A stretch of DNA of 59,389 nucleotides from Nitriliruptorales bacterium (GCA_050700895.1 JBOHEE010000411.1:1-59389); one strand, 5' to 3'; numbered from the stretch's first letter, positions 10,069 to 19,316 are shown. Notes: generated by a model not told the origin, from the letters alone. Numbers and translations are program-made.

Positions 10069-11291
10069 CCAGGTCGGAGCGGCACCGCGTGGGTGAGCTC
10101 CCTGGCCGAGAGCTGGGTGTTGCCGGTCAGGCGGCGCACGTGGGGTAGGACCGACGGCGCCCGCAGGAGCCCCAGGAGCTCCTTCCAGCCGACCGCCGGC
10201 TCGGCGTCCGGCCGGCGGACCACCAAGTTCACGTGGTTCTCGCCGACGAACCGCATCCCGTCCTCGACCAGCGCGCACCGGAGGCTCGCCGCCCCGACGG
10301 CGCCGACGACGCGGTTCACGACGATCGCCGGGCCCGACAGGGGGTCGGACGCGACGACGTACTGGGGGCGCGAAGTCCGACCGTCGTCCAGGACGAGCGC
10401 GCCATCGGCGATGTTCGACGCCCACACGAGCGGCACCGCATCGGGCATCGGATCGCGGCGCAGCCGCTCGCGGTTCTCGTTCCACACGACCGTGCCGGTG
10501 ACCGCCTCGTAGCCGAGGTCCCACAGCGTCGCAGCCCCCCGGAAGGCACGGACGAGCTCGTCCGGGTCCTCCGAGAGGACGGTGCGGCGGAGCGGCCCTC
10601 GGGTCGTCGCCTGCAGGTCGAAGACGTGCCGTTGCGACCCCGGCCCCTTGCGCAGCACCAGCAGCTGGACGGCGGTCTGCGCGCCGGGGAACTGACGGGC
10701 GTCCTCGTGGACCTCCAGGAACCCGATCGTCGCCTGCTCGGTGAGGAAGTCGCGGAGCGCCTGGAAGTAGGCGCCGTTGTTCATGCTGGGTGGGACGACG
10801 AACGCAAGGTGGCCGCCGGGGCGCAGCGCCCGCAGGCCGACGTGGAGGAAGAGCGAGAAGATGTTCGGGCGCCCGGAGATCACCGACCCGAATCGCCGCC
10901 GCGCAGCGGGCTCGAGCTTCAGCTGGAAGTACGGCGGGTTGCCGACGACGACGTCGAAGGCGCCCTCCTCGTCCGCATCCAGCGCGGACCGGCAGGAGAG
11001 TTCGGCGTCGGGGACGACCTCGCGCGCGACCGCGAGGATCTCCGGGTCGACGTCCCAGCCGACGAGACGGGCGGTCGGCTGCCGCTCCCGGACAGAGAGG
11101 AGGAACTCGCCGGTCCCCACCCCGGGGTCGAGCACCGCCGCGCCGGAAGCGAGTGGCACCGCGTCGAGGAGGCGCTCGCGCAGCGGACGGGGCGTCAGGA
11201 ACTGCCCGAGCCGCTTGCGCTCGGCGAGCGGACGGCGCTCGAGATAGGCGGCGGAGGCCGCCGTGAGTCCGTCCCTGCCGGCCGCTGACAC
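10065..11291 (-). CDS. Gamma-class N6-adenine DNA methyltransferase, M.TaqI/Eco57I-like, with C-terminal target-recognition domain (no partner nuclease seen)
   Basis: Motif I VLDPGVGTGEFL precedes motif IV VVGNPPYF. The C-terminal ~200 aa resemble a TaqI-type TRD. Start set at GTG 11291. The ORF-track start at 11459 adds a non-coding-looking leader. Confidence 0.75.
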   Translation of the reverse strand: MSAAGRDGLTAASAAYLERRPLAERKRLGQFLTPRPLRERLLDAVPLASGAAVLDPGVGTGEFLLSVRERQPTARLVGWDVDPEILAVAREVVPDAELSCRSALDADEEGAFDVVVGNPPYFQLKLEPAARRRFGSVISGRPNIFSLFLHVGLRALRPGGHLAFVVPPSMNNGAYFQALRDFLTEQATIGFLEVHEDARQFPGAQTAVQLLVLRKGPGSQRHVFDLQATTRGPLRRTVLSEDPDELVRAFRGAATLWDLGYEAVTGTVVWNENRERLRRDPMPDAVPLVWASNIADGALVLDDGRTSRPQYVVASDPLSGPAIVVNRVVGAVGAASLRCALVEDGMRFVGENHVNLVVRRPDAEPAVGWKELLGLLRAPSVLPHVRRLTGNTQLSARELTHAVPLRPG

Positions 11292-11713
11292 GAACCGGAC
11301 GCTACCGACGGCTGCCGGCGACGCCGTGGAGGCGGTCCTCCTCAGCCCTGGACGCTCAAGGCATGGGCGGGCTGAGTGGAGGGCCGTGGCCGGGGATGAT
11401 CCGGACGAGGTCCGGGATACCGAGGATCCGGGCGCGGCCACGTGGCCGCCCTCACGCACATGCCCGGGCGGTCAGCAGGTGGACGTCCGCGGTCCGAGTG
11501 AGTTGGTCGATCATCGCGCCGCGAGCGTAGACGGGCGCGCGACGCGAGCCGGCCACGGAGCCACGCTCGCCCGAGGCGCGGAGGCGGCAGCCGTCAGCGG
11601 CTGGACGGGACGCCGAGGTCGACGCCGCGGTGGATCGGGTCGGGCCAGCGGCTGATCACGACCTTCGGTCGGGTGTAGCGGTCCGCGGTGCGAACTGCCC
11701 CCGCCGGTACGTG

Positions 11714-12694
11714 TCAGCAGCCGCCGGAGTTGGGGTTGCTGATGTCGGGGATCGAGGTGTCGACCAACTCGACATGCACGTGTGGCTGGCGCGGCAGTGC
11801 GGTGTGGTCGTTGATCTGCGAGTGGAAGGGCAGCGGGGTCGGGCTCGGAGCGAGCACCGTCTGTGCCGCCATGACACGGTCGCCCTCGCCCACACGCACG
11901 CCGGAGATGTGGAGGATCTTCAACTCGAAGCCGGGTGGACCATCGGGCCGGATCACGACGTAGTCGTCGCGGTAGCGGCAGTAGAGCGCATAGGTGCCCG
12001 AGCGGAGCACCGTTCCGGTGATCGGTGAGCGGATCTCGTGGTCGACCGGGATCGCGACGTCGGCGGCGCTGCGGCGCCCCGACAACCGTCCGCGGGACTC
12101 CAGGAGGACGTTCCGCGACGCCGTCGGGAGCACCTCGAGGTCCCGCGCCCCTTCGTGGTTCGACTGGTGGAAGCCGATCACCTCGACGTGGGGCGACGGC
12201 TCGCGCAGCACGACACCGCGCCACCGCGCGAACGGCGGGTGGTCCACCCACGCCTGCCCCGCGGCAACCAGCCGGTCGACGTCCAACCGGTCGACGACCT
12301 GTCCGACGCCGACGCCGAGCCGACGCGCGAGGTTGTGCGCGTCGGTCGGGTCCACCATCGAGCCGAACCCCATCCCGAGTGCGGCGAAGGTCGGCTCCAG
12401 ACGGTCGAGCGCCGCGAGGTCACCGGCGAGGTGGCGGATCCACTCCACGTCACCGGCATCAAGCACCCCGCCGGGATCGAACCCGAGCCGGGCCGCGAGC
12501 GACCGCGCGTCGGACTCGCCGACGCGGGTGCCGTAGTCGACCTCGAGCCGGTCGAGCACCTCGACGAGAGTGACGTAGTCGTCGGGTGTCGCCGAGACCG
12601 CGCCAGCTGGGGCCAACCCGGTCAGGCTGGTCAGCAACGCGACCGCCGCCGCGACGGCACTCCAACCCCGTGACCCCAAGACCGTGCCCCTCAC
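11714..12694 (-). CDS. Secreted M23/LytM-like peptidoglycan hydrolase family protein
   Basis: Signal peptide (AVAAAVALLTSLTGLAPAGA). The C-terminal SPITGTV..., ILHISGVRVGEGDRV... and PHVHVEL resemble the LytM fold. The first HxxxD motif is not canonical. Confidence 0.55.
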   Translation of the reverse strand: MRGTVLGSRGWSAVAAAVALLTSLTGLAPAGAVSATPDDYVTLVEVLDRLEVDYGTRVGESDARSLAARLGFDPGGVLDAGDVEWIRHLAGDLAALDRLEPTFAALGMGFGSMVDPTDAHNLARRLGVGVGQVVDRLDVDRLVAAGQAWVDHPPFARWRGVVLREPSPHVEVIGFHQSNHEGARDLEVLPTASRNVLLESRGRLSGRRSAADVAIPVDHEIRSPITGTVLRSGTYALYCRYRDDYVVIRPDGPPGFELKILHISGVRVGEGDRVMAAQTVLAPSPTPLPFHSQINDHTALPRQPHVHVELVDTSIPDISNPNSGGC

Positions 12695-12850
12695 TGTTCG
12701 GCGCCGAAGCTACCCCAAGGGCCCAAGGCTCGAGCCGGTTTCCGGCCGTCGCTCCTACCAGCCCCGCGGCGTCAAGCCCGGCCCGCAACCGACCCCCAGA
12801 TGCGACGATGCCCCGAGACACGCGTGAACCATGTCCCGGGACATCGCAGC

Positions 12851-12894
12851 GGTGGAGGTGATCGGATTTGAACCGACGACTCCTTCGTTGCGAA
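12851..12894 (-). repeat. Displaced 3' half of tRNA-Ala (att-type direct repeat, distal copy)
   Basis: GGTGGAGGTGATCGGATTTGAACCGACGACT[C]CTTCGTTGCGAA matches 15758..15801 at 43 of 44 positions. It covers the tRNA from the anticodon loop to the acceptor 3' end. A palindrome ATGTCCCGGGACAT at 12831..12844 lies just downstream and is the likely original tRNA terminator. Confidence 0.85.
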
Positions 12895-13399
12895 GCAAGG
12901 ATTCGGGATGTTGAGCCCACCCGCGGAAACCCTAAGAGAATCGGCAAAGAGGCGCTAAACCCGCAGAATTCGGCATCTTGAGAGCCTTTGCGCTCACCAG
13001 GTACCGGACTGCCCTGATGTCTCACAGGCATCCGAGGGCACCTGGAAGCGGGGGCCGTGCGTACTTTTGCGTACTTCCGGATTGGATTGCTTACCACGAT
13101 CCTGTCTCCCGCAGTCTGCTCGCCGGACCGCCGAGTCCTCTCCTCACCATACGCCGATGCCAGCTCACTCGACCCCATCGCCTCGCGCAACTTGTGGACG
13201 AGTATTGGTGAGGGAGCCGGCCGCCTCGTGGTGATGCGTGGTGGATAGCGCGACGGGCGCCTCAAGCTGGCCAGTTCGTCGCGCGGCACCTCTCTGTCCA
13301 CGAGTTCCTCGACGGGTTCGATGCCTTCCGCAACCGGGCGGTAGGTCGCTGACGTCTCCAGATCCGACACCGAGAGGTGACTCCGAAGTCGCGCACCGC

Positions 13400-14516
13400 T
13401 CAGCCGTCTGGCTGAGGCTCTTCCGCGAGGCCGAATAGTGACGGGAGGGGTGCGACTGTGAGCATCTCGTCGAGGGTGGCTGGCGTGAACACTCGCCCAT
13501 CACAGGCTTGCACGACCGGGCCGAGCGCGTCGTTCACTCGTTGCCATCCAAGACCGGCCAACACCGCGAACACGGGAACGCCTCCGAGACGCGAGGCTTC
13601 TTGGCGGAGCGCCATGAACCGCGAGGCCTTATCCCTTGCTGTTCCGCCGTCGTTGGCCGCCTTGCTCTCGAGCATCGCCCTGAGCGTGTCGTTCTCATCG
13701 AACATGACGAAGTCAGGTGCCGGGCGCACAGTCAGCCCGAAGCGCTGAGCGATTTGCTGCTGGTTGTGAGCGCCAGTGCGGATGTAAGGAATGCCGGCTT
13801 CACGAAGGAGCTCCTCCACGGGCTGCTCGACGGCTTCGCCCCGCTGAGTCGCTGTGGCGTCGAGCAGCTGACGGAACGGCCCGCCGTAGTGGCGCTGATG
13901 AAGCAACCAGCTATAGGGCACGCCCTCCGCCGCAGCCCGCCGGACAGTCTCCCATCCATCCGCCGTGTCGGGCTTGTTCTGCTTCCGGCGCATGGGCGAC
14001 TCGGGTTCCGCAGGGAAGAGCCGTCCGTCAACAAGACGTACGACGGACTCGGCGAGCGCACGGGCAACCTCCTCGTCCTGAGCTCGGCGTCTCCATCGAA
14101 GCGATCCGGCCCTTCGAGACCTTCGGGCACCCGAGGTCGACCGGGAGGAGCGCAGTGCTCTCGGATAGCTCGGGCTGTGTGTACCCGACAACGTTTCGCA
14201 GCACGAGCAGGATCTCGGGATGCTCGACGAGGGCTCGGGTCAACGTCTCGACGTCCACTCTGGTGAACCAGTCGGTGGCTTCGACAGTCCGGTCGTAGGC
14301 AGCGAGCATCGCTTCCAGCTCGTAGTCCGCGCGCCAGTGCACGTACGCAAACGCTGGCTGCAGGTGCGGCACGTAGACGGACTCGGCCACGGCCGCATAC
14401 ACCGTGCGATGGTGAGCGCGACCGAATTCCTCTGGTATCCGCCGGATCAGCGCCACCCGATCGTCCCAGCTCTGGGTCTGGGCGACCGTGGCGACGAGCT
14501 CATCTAACTCCGGCAT
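13400..14516 (-). pseudogene. Type II restriction endonuclease candidate (N-terminal HTH, C-terminal PD-(D/E)XK), interrupted by a frameshift near 14078-14088
   Basis: ORFs 14028..14516 and 13400..14191 overlap in different frames. The readable sense runs ...QPELSESTALLPVDLGCPKVSKGRIASMET (frame A), then DEEVARALAESVVRLVDG... (frame B). The C-terminal part has PDFVMFDEN...LESKAAN (PD...ExK). It lies directly downstream of the methyltransferase. Confidence 0.6.
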
Positions 14517-14529
14517 GTGGGGCCGGAGA

Positions 14530-15435
14530 CTAGCTACCTGCCTCCAGACGCCCAGGCAGGATCGACGCCCAGTGCGGATCGAGCTCGCAGCACAGCCATC
14601 GGCGGCCCGTCAGCTCTGCTGCCACGGCCGTCGTCCCCGTCCCAGCGAATGGATCGCAGACGAGGTCGCCCGGCTGTGTCATCAGCTCGATGAAAAACTG
14701 CGGCAACCCGACGGGGAACCGCGCAGGGTGCCTGGTTGGATTCGGACCGAACTCCGGCTCCATCACCAGCGCGTTCGACGGTCGGACCATGTCCGGTCCC
14801 GCCTGAACGCGCTTACGCCCGTGGCCGGACGGAGCATTCGCCCGCTCGAAGTTGTGTGCCAGCTTCTTGCGTCGTGCAACGTCCTTGCGATCCCAGCGAG
14901 CCTCCTGCAGCACTTGATCGGGGTAAAACGACCAATCAGTCGTCTTCGTGAACTGGAAGCAGTACTCGACCGCATCCTTGAGGTAGCGGCGCCACCGGCC
15001 CGGTGGCGGTGAGGGCTTCACCCAGATGTAATCCTCCGCGAACAGCCATCCCTGCTCACGGAGCCAGAACACGAGCTCGTACTGGAGAGTTCCGCGTTCC
15101 CCGTTGACCCGCTTGCTCTTGTAATTGAGCAGGAAGCTCCCCGAAGGCTGCAGAGTGCGGAGCAACTCATCAGTGATCTTGAGGAAGGTGTCCGTGTACC
15201 ACCCGCGCGCGTAGTCCTCATCGTCGCGGTACTTCGGCTGATCGTTGTAGGGCGGGCTGGTGACCACGAGGGCGAAGGTGTCGTCGGGGACTTGACGCAG
15301 GACGTCCAGACAGTCGGCAACGACGAGCGCACCGAGATCCGTCTTGTGTGCTGCGCCAGGAAGGTCTCGAGGCTCCATGGCGCCGGATGGTAGGCGGAGG
15401 GTGGGACCTTCTCGAAGCAAGCTCAGCTGTCTCAT
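14530..15435 (-). CDS. Beta-class DNA methyltransferase (N4-cytosine or N6-adenine; SPPY type)
   Basis: Motif IV VVTSPPYNDQPKY precedes motif I DPFAGTGTTAVAA near the C-terminus. This is the circularly permuted beta order of the PF01555-like family. An alternative ATG start is at 15378. Confidence 0.85.
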   Translation of the reverse strand: MRQLSLLREGPTLRLPSGAMEPRDLPGAAHKTDLGALVVADCLDVLRQVPDDTFALVVTSPPYNDQPKYRDDEDYARGWYTDTFLKITDELLRTLQPSGSFLLNYKSKRVNGERGTLQYELVFWLREQGWLFAEDYIWVKPSPPPGRWRRYLKDAVEYCFQFTKTTDWSFYPDQVLQEARWDRKDVARRKKLAHNFERANAPSGHGRKRVQAGPDMVRPSNALVMEPEFGPNPTRHPARFPVGLPQFFIELMTQPGDLVCDPFAGTGTTAVAAELTGRRWLCCELDPHWASILPGRLEAGS

Positions 15436-15756
15436 CCGTTGAGCAGACCACGCGAGCTCGGCCTCCGCGAGAGCTCAAGCCTCAGGCCTGTGGACGACTA
15501 CTTCGGGTAGTCGCCGTGGGAGGAGCATCTTCCCGAGTCGGTTCCGGGCTCAGCCTCCGGGATGGCCCGCGTCCAGTCGCTGGCCAGACCAGCTCGAGCT
15601 CGAAACATCTCCCGCTTGAACGAGGTGGGGAGTAGATCGCCCGTAGCAGTCGATGTCGATATCCTGCCGCGCATCTTTCGGTCGTAACAGGCGCTTAGAA
15701 GACGGGCCGGGAAGAGTCGAAACAGCGGAAGTCCGGCGAACTGGGCTGATTCTCGC

Positions 15757-15833
15757 TGGTGGAGGTGATCGGATTTGAACCGACGACTTCTTCGTTGCGA
15801 ACGAAGCGCTCTGCCGAACTGAGCTACACCCCC
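15757..15833 (-). tRNA. tRNA-Ala (anticodon CGC), CCA encoded
   Basis: The reverse complement GGGGGTGTAGCTCAGTTCGGCAGAGCGCTTCGTTCGCAACGAAGAAGTCGTCGGTTCAAATCCGATCACCTCCACCA folds as a cloverleaf. It has the G3:U70 alanine identity pair and anticodon loop TTCGCAA. Confidence 0.95.
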
Positions 15834-15932
15834 GGGGGATGGGCGGATGCTACCGGGTCGGTGCCGGAGCGAGCCACAGTCACCGTCGAACTCCACGGGT
15901 GCATCCCGCGGCCGCGAGGTGACCCGGGCCTG

Positions 15933-16511
15933 CTAGTCCTCCCAGCGGCGGATGCGCACGCTCGCCTGGGGGGTCCACGGCTCGTCCGGGCTCGTCGCGA
16001 CCTGCAGCCCATGGGAGTAGCCCACGGCCACCAGTCGGTCCTCGCGGTCCGGTTCGTCCTCGCCGAGACCGGGCAACTGACGGACGACCTCGGCGGCCTC
16101 GTCGGCCTGGAGCTTCCACCGGCGCAGCAGTACGACGTAGGCGCCGAGCGCGGTGACCGTCATCGCGAAGAGGAGCCACGCGGCGCCGCCGACGACGATC
16201 ACACCGGGCAGCGTGAGGCCGCTCGCCGCGAGGATGCGGATGAAGGCGCGGCGGCGGCGCTCGACGATCGCCTTCCGCCGGCGCGCGTGGTCGCCGACGA
16301 GGCGCTCGGCGTCGCGTGGGACGTACACGTAGCGGCCCTCCCGGCGCGCGTCGCGGGCGAGGACACCCATCGCGCGCTCAAACGTGCCGACGCTGGTCGA
16401 GGGTGACGACCGGCGGGATCGCAGCGCCCCGGGGAGGAGAATCAAGGCCCAGAGAAGGGCCAAGAGGAGCACCAACGCACCGTTCACCGGGTTCGGTTCC
16501 TTCGCCTTCAC
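15933..16511 (-). CDS. SepX/GlpR-like divisome membrane protein (candidate receptor of the gephyrin-like MoeA paralogue)
   Basis: N-terminal TM (ALVLLLALLWALILLPGALR), a basic linker, a second TM pair and an acidic tail. Its position next to moaC/moeA/galU mirrors the actinobacterial galU-glp...glpR neighbourhood. The assignment rests on architecture and synteny only. Confidence 0.5.
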   Translation of the reverse strand: MKAKEPNPVNGALVLLLALLWALILLPGALRSRRSSPSTSVGTFERAMGVLARDARREGRYVYVPRDAERLVGDHARRRKAIVERRRRAFIRILAASGLTLPGVIVVGGAAWLLFAMTVTALGAYVVLLRRWKLQADEAAEVVRQLPGLGEDEPDREDRLVAVGYSHGLQVATSPDEPWTPQASVRIRRWED

Positions 16512-16609
16512 GGCCCGCGTGCGATCGCGACGACGGTACCAGCGGGTTTCTCGGGCCCGAAGGAACCGGTCCCCGCCTCACCCCCTGGATGGGCGACCTC
16601 GACGCAGGG

Positions 16610-17104
16610 TCAGTCCCCGCGCCAGTCCCCCCTCCGGCCGCCGGTCTTCTCGACCAGGCGCACGTCCGTGACCCGCGCCCCACGCGCCATCGCCTTGACC
16701 ATGTCGTAGATCGTGAGGGCAGCCACCGAGACGGCGACGAGCGCCTCCATCTCGACGCCGGTGCGGTCGACGGTCCGCACGGTCGACGACACGTCGACAC
16801 GGCCGGAGGCGTCCACCTCGATCTCGACGTCGACGTGCGAGAGGGCAATCTGATGGCAGAGCGGGATGAGGTCGGCCGTCCGCTTGGCCGCCTGGATCCC
16901 CGCGATGCGGGCGACGGCGATCGCGTCTCCCTTGGGGAGGTTGCCGGCGACGAGGGCCTCGGCGACCTCGGCCGGCACGTGGACCTCGCACGCGGCCCGA
17001 GCGGTGCGCTCCGTCGCGTCCTTCGCACCGACGTCGACCATGCGGGCGCGCCCCTCGTCGTCGAGGTGGGAGAGGCCGCCGCTGGGGCTGCTCGAGTCGC
17101 TCAC
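16610..17104 (-). CDS. moaC: Cyclic pyranopterin monophosphate synthase MoaC
   Basis: MVDVGAKDATERTARA...IAGIQAAKRTADLIPLCHQIALSHVDV...GVEMEAL are canonical MoaC motifs. Confidence 0.95.
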   Translation of the reverse strand: MSDSSSPSGGLSHLDDEGRARMVDVGAKDATERTARAACEVHVPAEVAEALVAGNLPKGDAIAVARIAGIQAAKRTADLIPLCHQIALSHVDVEIEVDASGRVDVSSTVRTVDRTGVEMEALVAVSVAALTIYDMVKAMARGARVTDVRLVEKTGGRRGDWRGD

Positions 17105-17145
17105 TAGGCAACCTCCGGGGTGTCAGCGGCTTGACACAGGGCTTC

Positions 17146-18420
17146 TCATGGGTCGATGAGGAGGTGGACGCGGACGGTGTCGCCCGCTCCGACCGTCGCG
17201 CCCTCCGGAAGCTCCGCGAGCCCGTCCGCCTCGACGAGCGCGCCCACCTGGTGTGACCCCTGGTGTGCCGCGGGCTGGGCGACCCAGCCGTGCTCGTCAC
17301 GCCGGAGAGACACGCGGAGGAAGTGACGCTTCGCCGGGTAGGTCGCGCCGCCGCCCTCGAGCCGTGCCTGGACGGTCGGCCGGAAGAGGTCGGTGCGCCC
17401 CTGAAGCCGGCGGATCACGGGTCGGACGAACACCTCGAACGAGACGAACGCCGACACCGGGTTGCCGGGGAGCCCGAGCACCGGCACTCCCCGCGCCCGG
17501 CCGAAGAGCTGCGGCATGCCCGGCTTCATGCCGACCTTCGTGTGATGCGCCTCGCCGAGACGGTCGAGGACGTCGCGGACGTGGTCGTGAGCCCCCGCGC
17601 TCACCCCGCCGGTGGTGACGAAGAGGTCGGCGTGGCCGATGTTGGAGTCGAAGGCGTCCAGCAGCGACCTGCGGTCGTCGCGCACGATGCCGGCCCAGAA
17701 GGTGACCGCGCCGGCCTGGCGGAGGAGCGCGGTGAGCATCGGCCCGTTGCTGTCGCGGAGAGCGCCCGGGACCAGGGCCTGGTCGGCAGGCAAGAGTTCG
17801 CTGCCGGTGGAGAGGACCACGACCCGAGGCCGGGGGTGGCAGTGGACCCGTGTCCGGCCGAGCGTCGCGAGGACGGCGATGTCGCCGGGGCGCAGGCGAC
17901 GGCCGCGTCGCAGGACCACCTGGCCGACACGGAGGTCGGTGCCGGCCGGCCGGACATTGTCGTCGGGGGTGGCCGGAGCGTGGATCGTGACCTCCCCTGC
18001 GCTCTCCCGGGTCAGCTCGACCGGCACGACCGCGTCCGCACCCTCGGGGACTTGTGCCCCTGTCATGATCCGCAGCGCCGTGCCGGGTCCGACCGCCTGG
18101 ACATCGCCGGGGGCGGCGGCGGCTTCGCCGACGACCCTGAGCCGCACCGGGTCGTCGCCGGTGGCCGCCTGGGTGTCGGCGGCGACGACGGCGTAGCCGT
18201 CCATCGCGGAACTCGTGAACGGCGGGTACGCCTCCTCGGCGACGACGTCCTCGGCGAGGACGAGACCGAGGACGTCGGCGAGGCCGAGCTCGATCGGCTC
18301 GAGCGGATGCAGCTCGCGGATGAGACGGTCGCGGTGGGCGTCGACCGGGACGAGCTCGTCGTCGCGCACGACCTCCGTCCGACCGAGCCCGCGGAAGCCG
18401 CTCGCCGCCGCGTCGGTCAC
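17146..18420 (-). CDS. moeA: MoeA-family molybdopterin molybdotransferase (possible gephyrin-like Glp paralogue)
   Basis: SSAMDGYAV, VLSTGSEL and TTGGVSAGAHD motifs. The GTG start at 18420 overlaps the galU stop as GTGA. Confidence 0.9.
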   Translation of the reverse strand: MTDAAASGFRGLGRTEVVRDDELVPVDAHRDRLIRELHPLEPIELGLADVLGLVLAEDVVAEEAYPPFTSSAMDGYAVVAADTQAATGDDPVRLRVVGEAAAAPGDVQAVGPGTALRIMTGAQVPEGADAVVPVELTRESAGEVTIHAPATPDDNVRPAGTDLRVGQVVLRRGRRLRPGDIAVLATLGRTRVHCHPRPRVVVLSTGSELLPADQALVPGALRDSNGPMLTALLRQAGAVTFWAGIVRDDRRSLLDAFDSNIGHADLFVTTGGVSAGAHDHVRDVLDRLGEAHHTKVGMKPGMPQLFGRARGVPVLGLPGNPVSAFVSFEVFVRPVIRRLQGRTDLFRPTVQARLEGGGATYPAKRHFLRVSLRRDEHGWVAQPAAHQGSHQVGALVEADGLAELPEGATVGAGDTVRVHLLIDP

Positions 18421-19316
18421 GATCCCTCCGGGCGGTCGTGGAGCTCCCTCAGCCACGCGCGGAACTCGTCCGCGAGATCCGGACGCTCCAGCGCGAGAGC
18501 GACGGTCGCCTTCAGGAAACCGAGCTTGTCACCGACGTCGTGGCGCGCGCCGGTGAACTCGACCGCGAGGATCGGCTCGTCCCGGGCCATGGCCTTGAGC
18601 GCATCGGTCAGCTGGATCTCGCCTCCGCGCCCCGGCGGGATGCGCTCGAGGACGTCGAAGATGTCGGCGGTAAGGACGTAGCGCCCGATGATCGCCAGGT
18701 TGGATGGCGCATCGCCGGGAGACGGCTTCTCGACGAGGTCGTGGACCTCGTAGACGCCTTCCTCCCCCTGGAGCGGCGACCCGGCCACGATCCCGTACAG
18801 CGAGACCTGCTCCTCGGGGACCGGCATCACCGCCACGACCTGGCGCTGGTGGCGGTCGAACACGTCGAGCATGCGCTCGAGGAACTTCTCGTTCGGGTCG
18901 ATGATGTCGTCGCCGAGGAGAACCGCGAACGGCTCTGGGCCCACGTGGGCGCGCGCGTGGAGCACAGCATGGCCGAGGCCGAGCTGCTCGCCCTGGCGGA
19001 CGTAGTGCACGGTGCCGAGGTCGGCGAGACGCACGATCTCGGCGAGCTCCGCGTCCTTGCCCTTCTCGCGGAGGTGCTGCTCGAGCTCGGTATTGCGGTC
19101 GAAGTGGTCCTCGAGCGGCTGCTTGTTGCGGCCGGTGATCAGGAGGAGGTCGTCGAGCCCGGCCCGCACCGCCTCCTCGACCATGTACTGGATGGCCGGC
19201 CTGTCGACGATCGGGAGGGTCTCCTTCGGCTGCGCCTTCGTTGCCGGGAGGAACCGCGTGCCGTACCCGGCTGCGGGGAGGACTGCCTTCCGCACGGGGC
19301 GGGCGGCTCCGGTCAC
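18417..19316 (-). CDS. galU: UTP--glucose-1-phosphate uridylyltransferase
   Basis: VRKAVLPAAGYGTRFLPATKAQPKETLPIVDRPAIQYMVEEA. GTG 19316 is preceded by GAGGA. The upstream 53 codons of the track ORF are rejected. Confidence 0.95.
   Translation of the reverse strand: MTGAARPVRKAVLPAAGYGTRFLPATKAQPKETLPIVDRPAIQYMVEEAVRAGLDDLLLITGRNKQPLEDHFDRNTELEQHLREKGKDAELAEIVRLADLGTVHYVRQGEQLGLGHAVLHARAHVGPEPFAVLLGDDIIDPNEKFLERMLDVFDRHQRQVVAVMPVPEEQVSLYGIVAGSPLQGEEGVYEVHDLVEKPSPGDAPSNLAIIGRYVLTADIFDVLERIPPGRGGEIQLTDALKAMARDEPILAVEFTGARHDVGDKLGFLKATVALALERPDLADEFRAWLRELHDRPEGS

Larger units (their letters stand above)
12851..15801. mobile_element. Decayed tRNA-Ala-integrated islet carrying a type II restriction-modification cassette; no integrase
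   Basis: Bounded by the 44-bp tRNA-derived direct repeats. The interior is visibly less GC-rich than its flanks. It contains a methyltransferase, a frameshifted nuclease and ~500 bp of non-coding-looking remnant (12895..13399). Confidence 0.7.

Noticed and set aside
8533-10524. 663-aa minus-strand ORF
   Set aside because: It is antisense to pmt and Arg/Gly/Glu/Pro-rich. The plus strand encodes a coherent polytopic PMT-family protein.
11560-11700. Minus-strand peptide ...WPDPIHRGVDLGVPSS resembling an M23 HxGxD motif, and a nearby ...APVYARGAMID
   Set aside because: The two pieces are in different frames and wrongly spaced for an M23 active site. No further family motifs are present, so this is probably chance in GC-rich DNA.
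12695-12850. Possible c-di-AMP (ydaO-type) riboswitch upstream of the M23-like hydrolase
   Set aside because: I looked for the conserved ...CCGAACCCGACAGCUAACCUCGUAAGCG... and ACGGGG/GGAGC blocks on the minus strand. Only vague GC-rich similarity is present.
12895-13399. Minus-strand ORF starting at 13370 (VSDLETSATYRPVAEGIEPVEELVDREVPRDELASL...) as a possible gene of the islet
   Set aside because: It runs through the displaced tRNA fragment into the M23 gene region. It has no recognisable family and is low-complexity. It is treated as non-coding remnant.
15436-15756. Search for an integrase or excisionase remnant between the islet methyltransferase and tRNA-Ala
   Set aside because: None of the three minus-strand frames, nor the plus-strand frames, gives integrase-like sequence. 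Only a 7-bp-stem hairpin (CGACTAC-TTCGG-GTAGTCG, 15496..15514) stands out.
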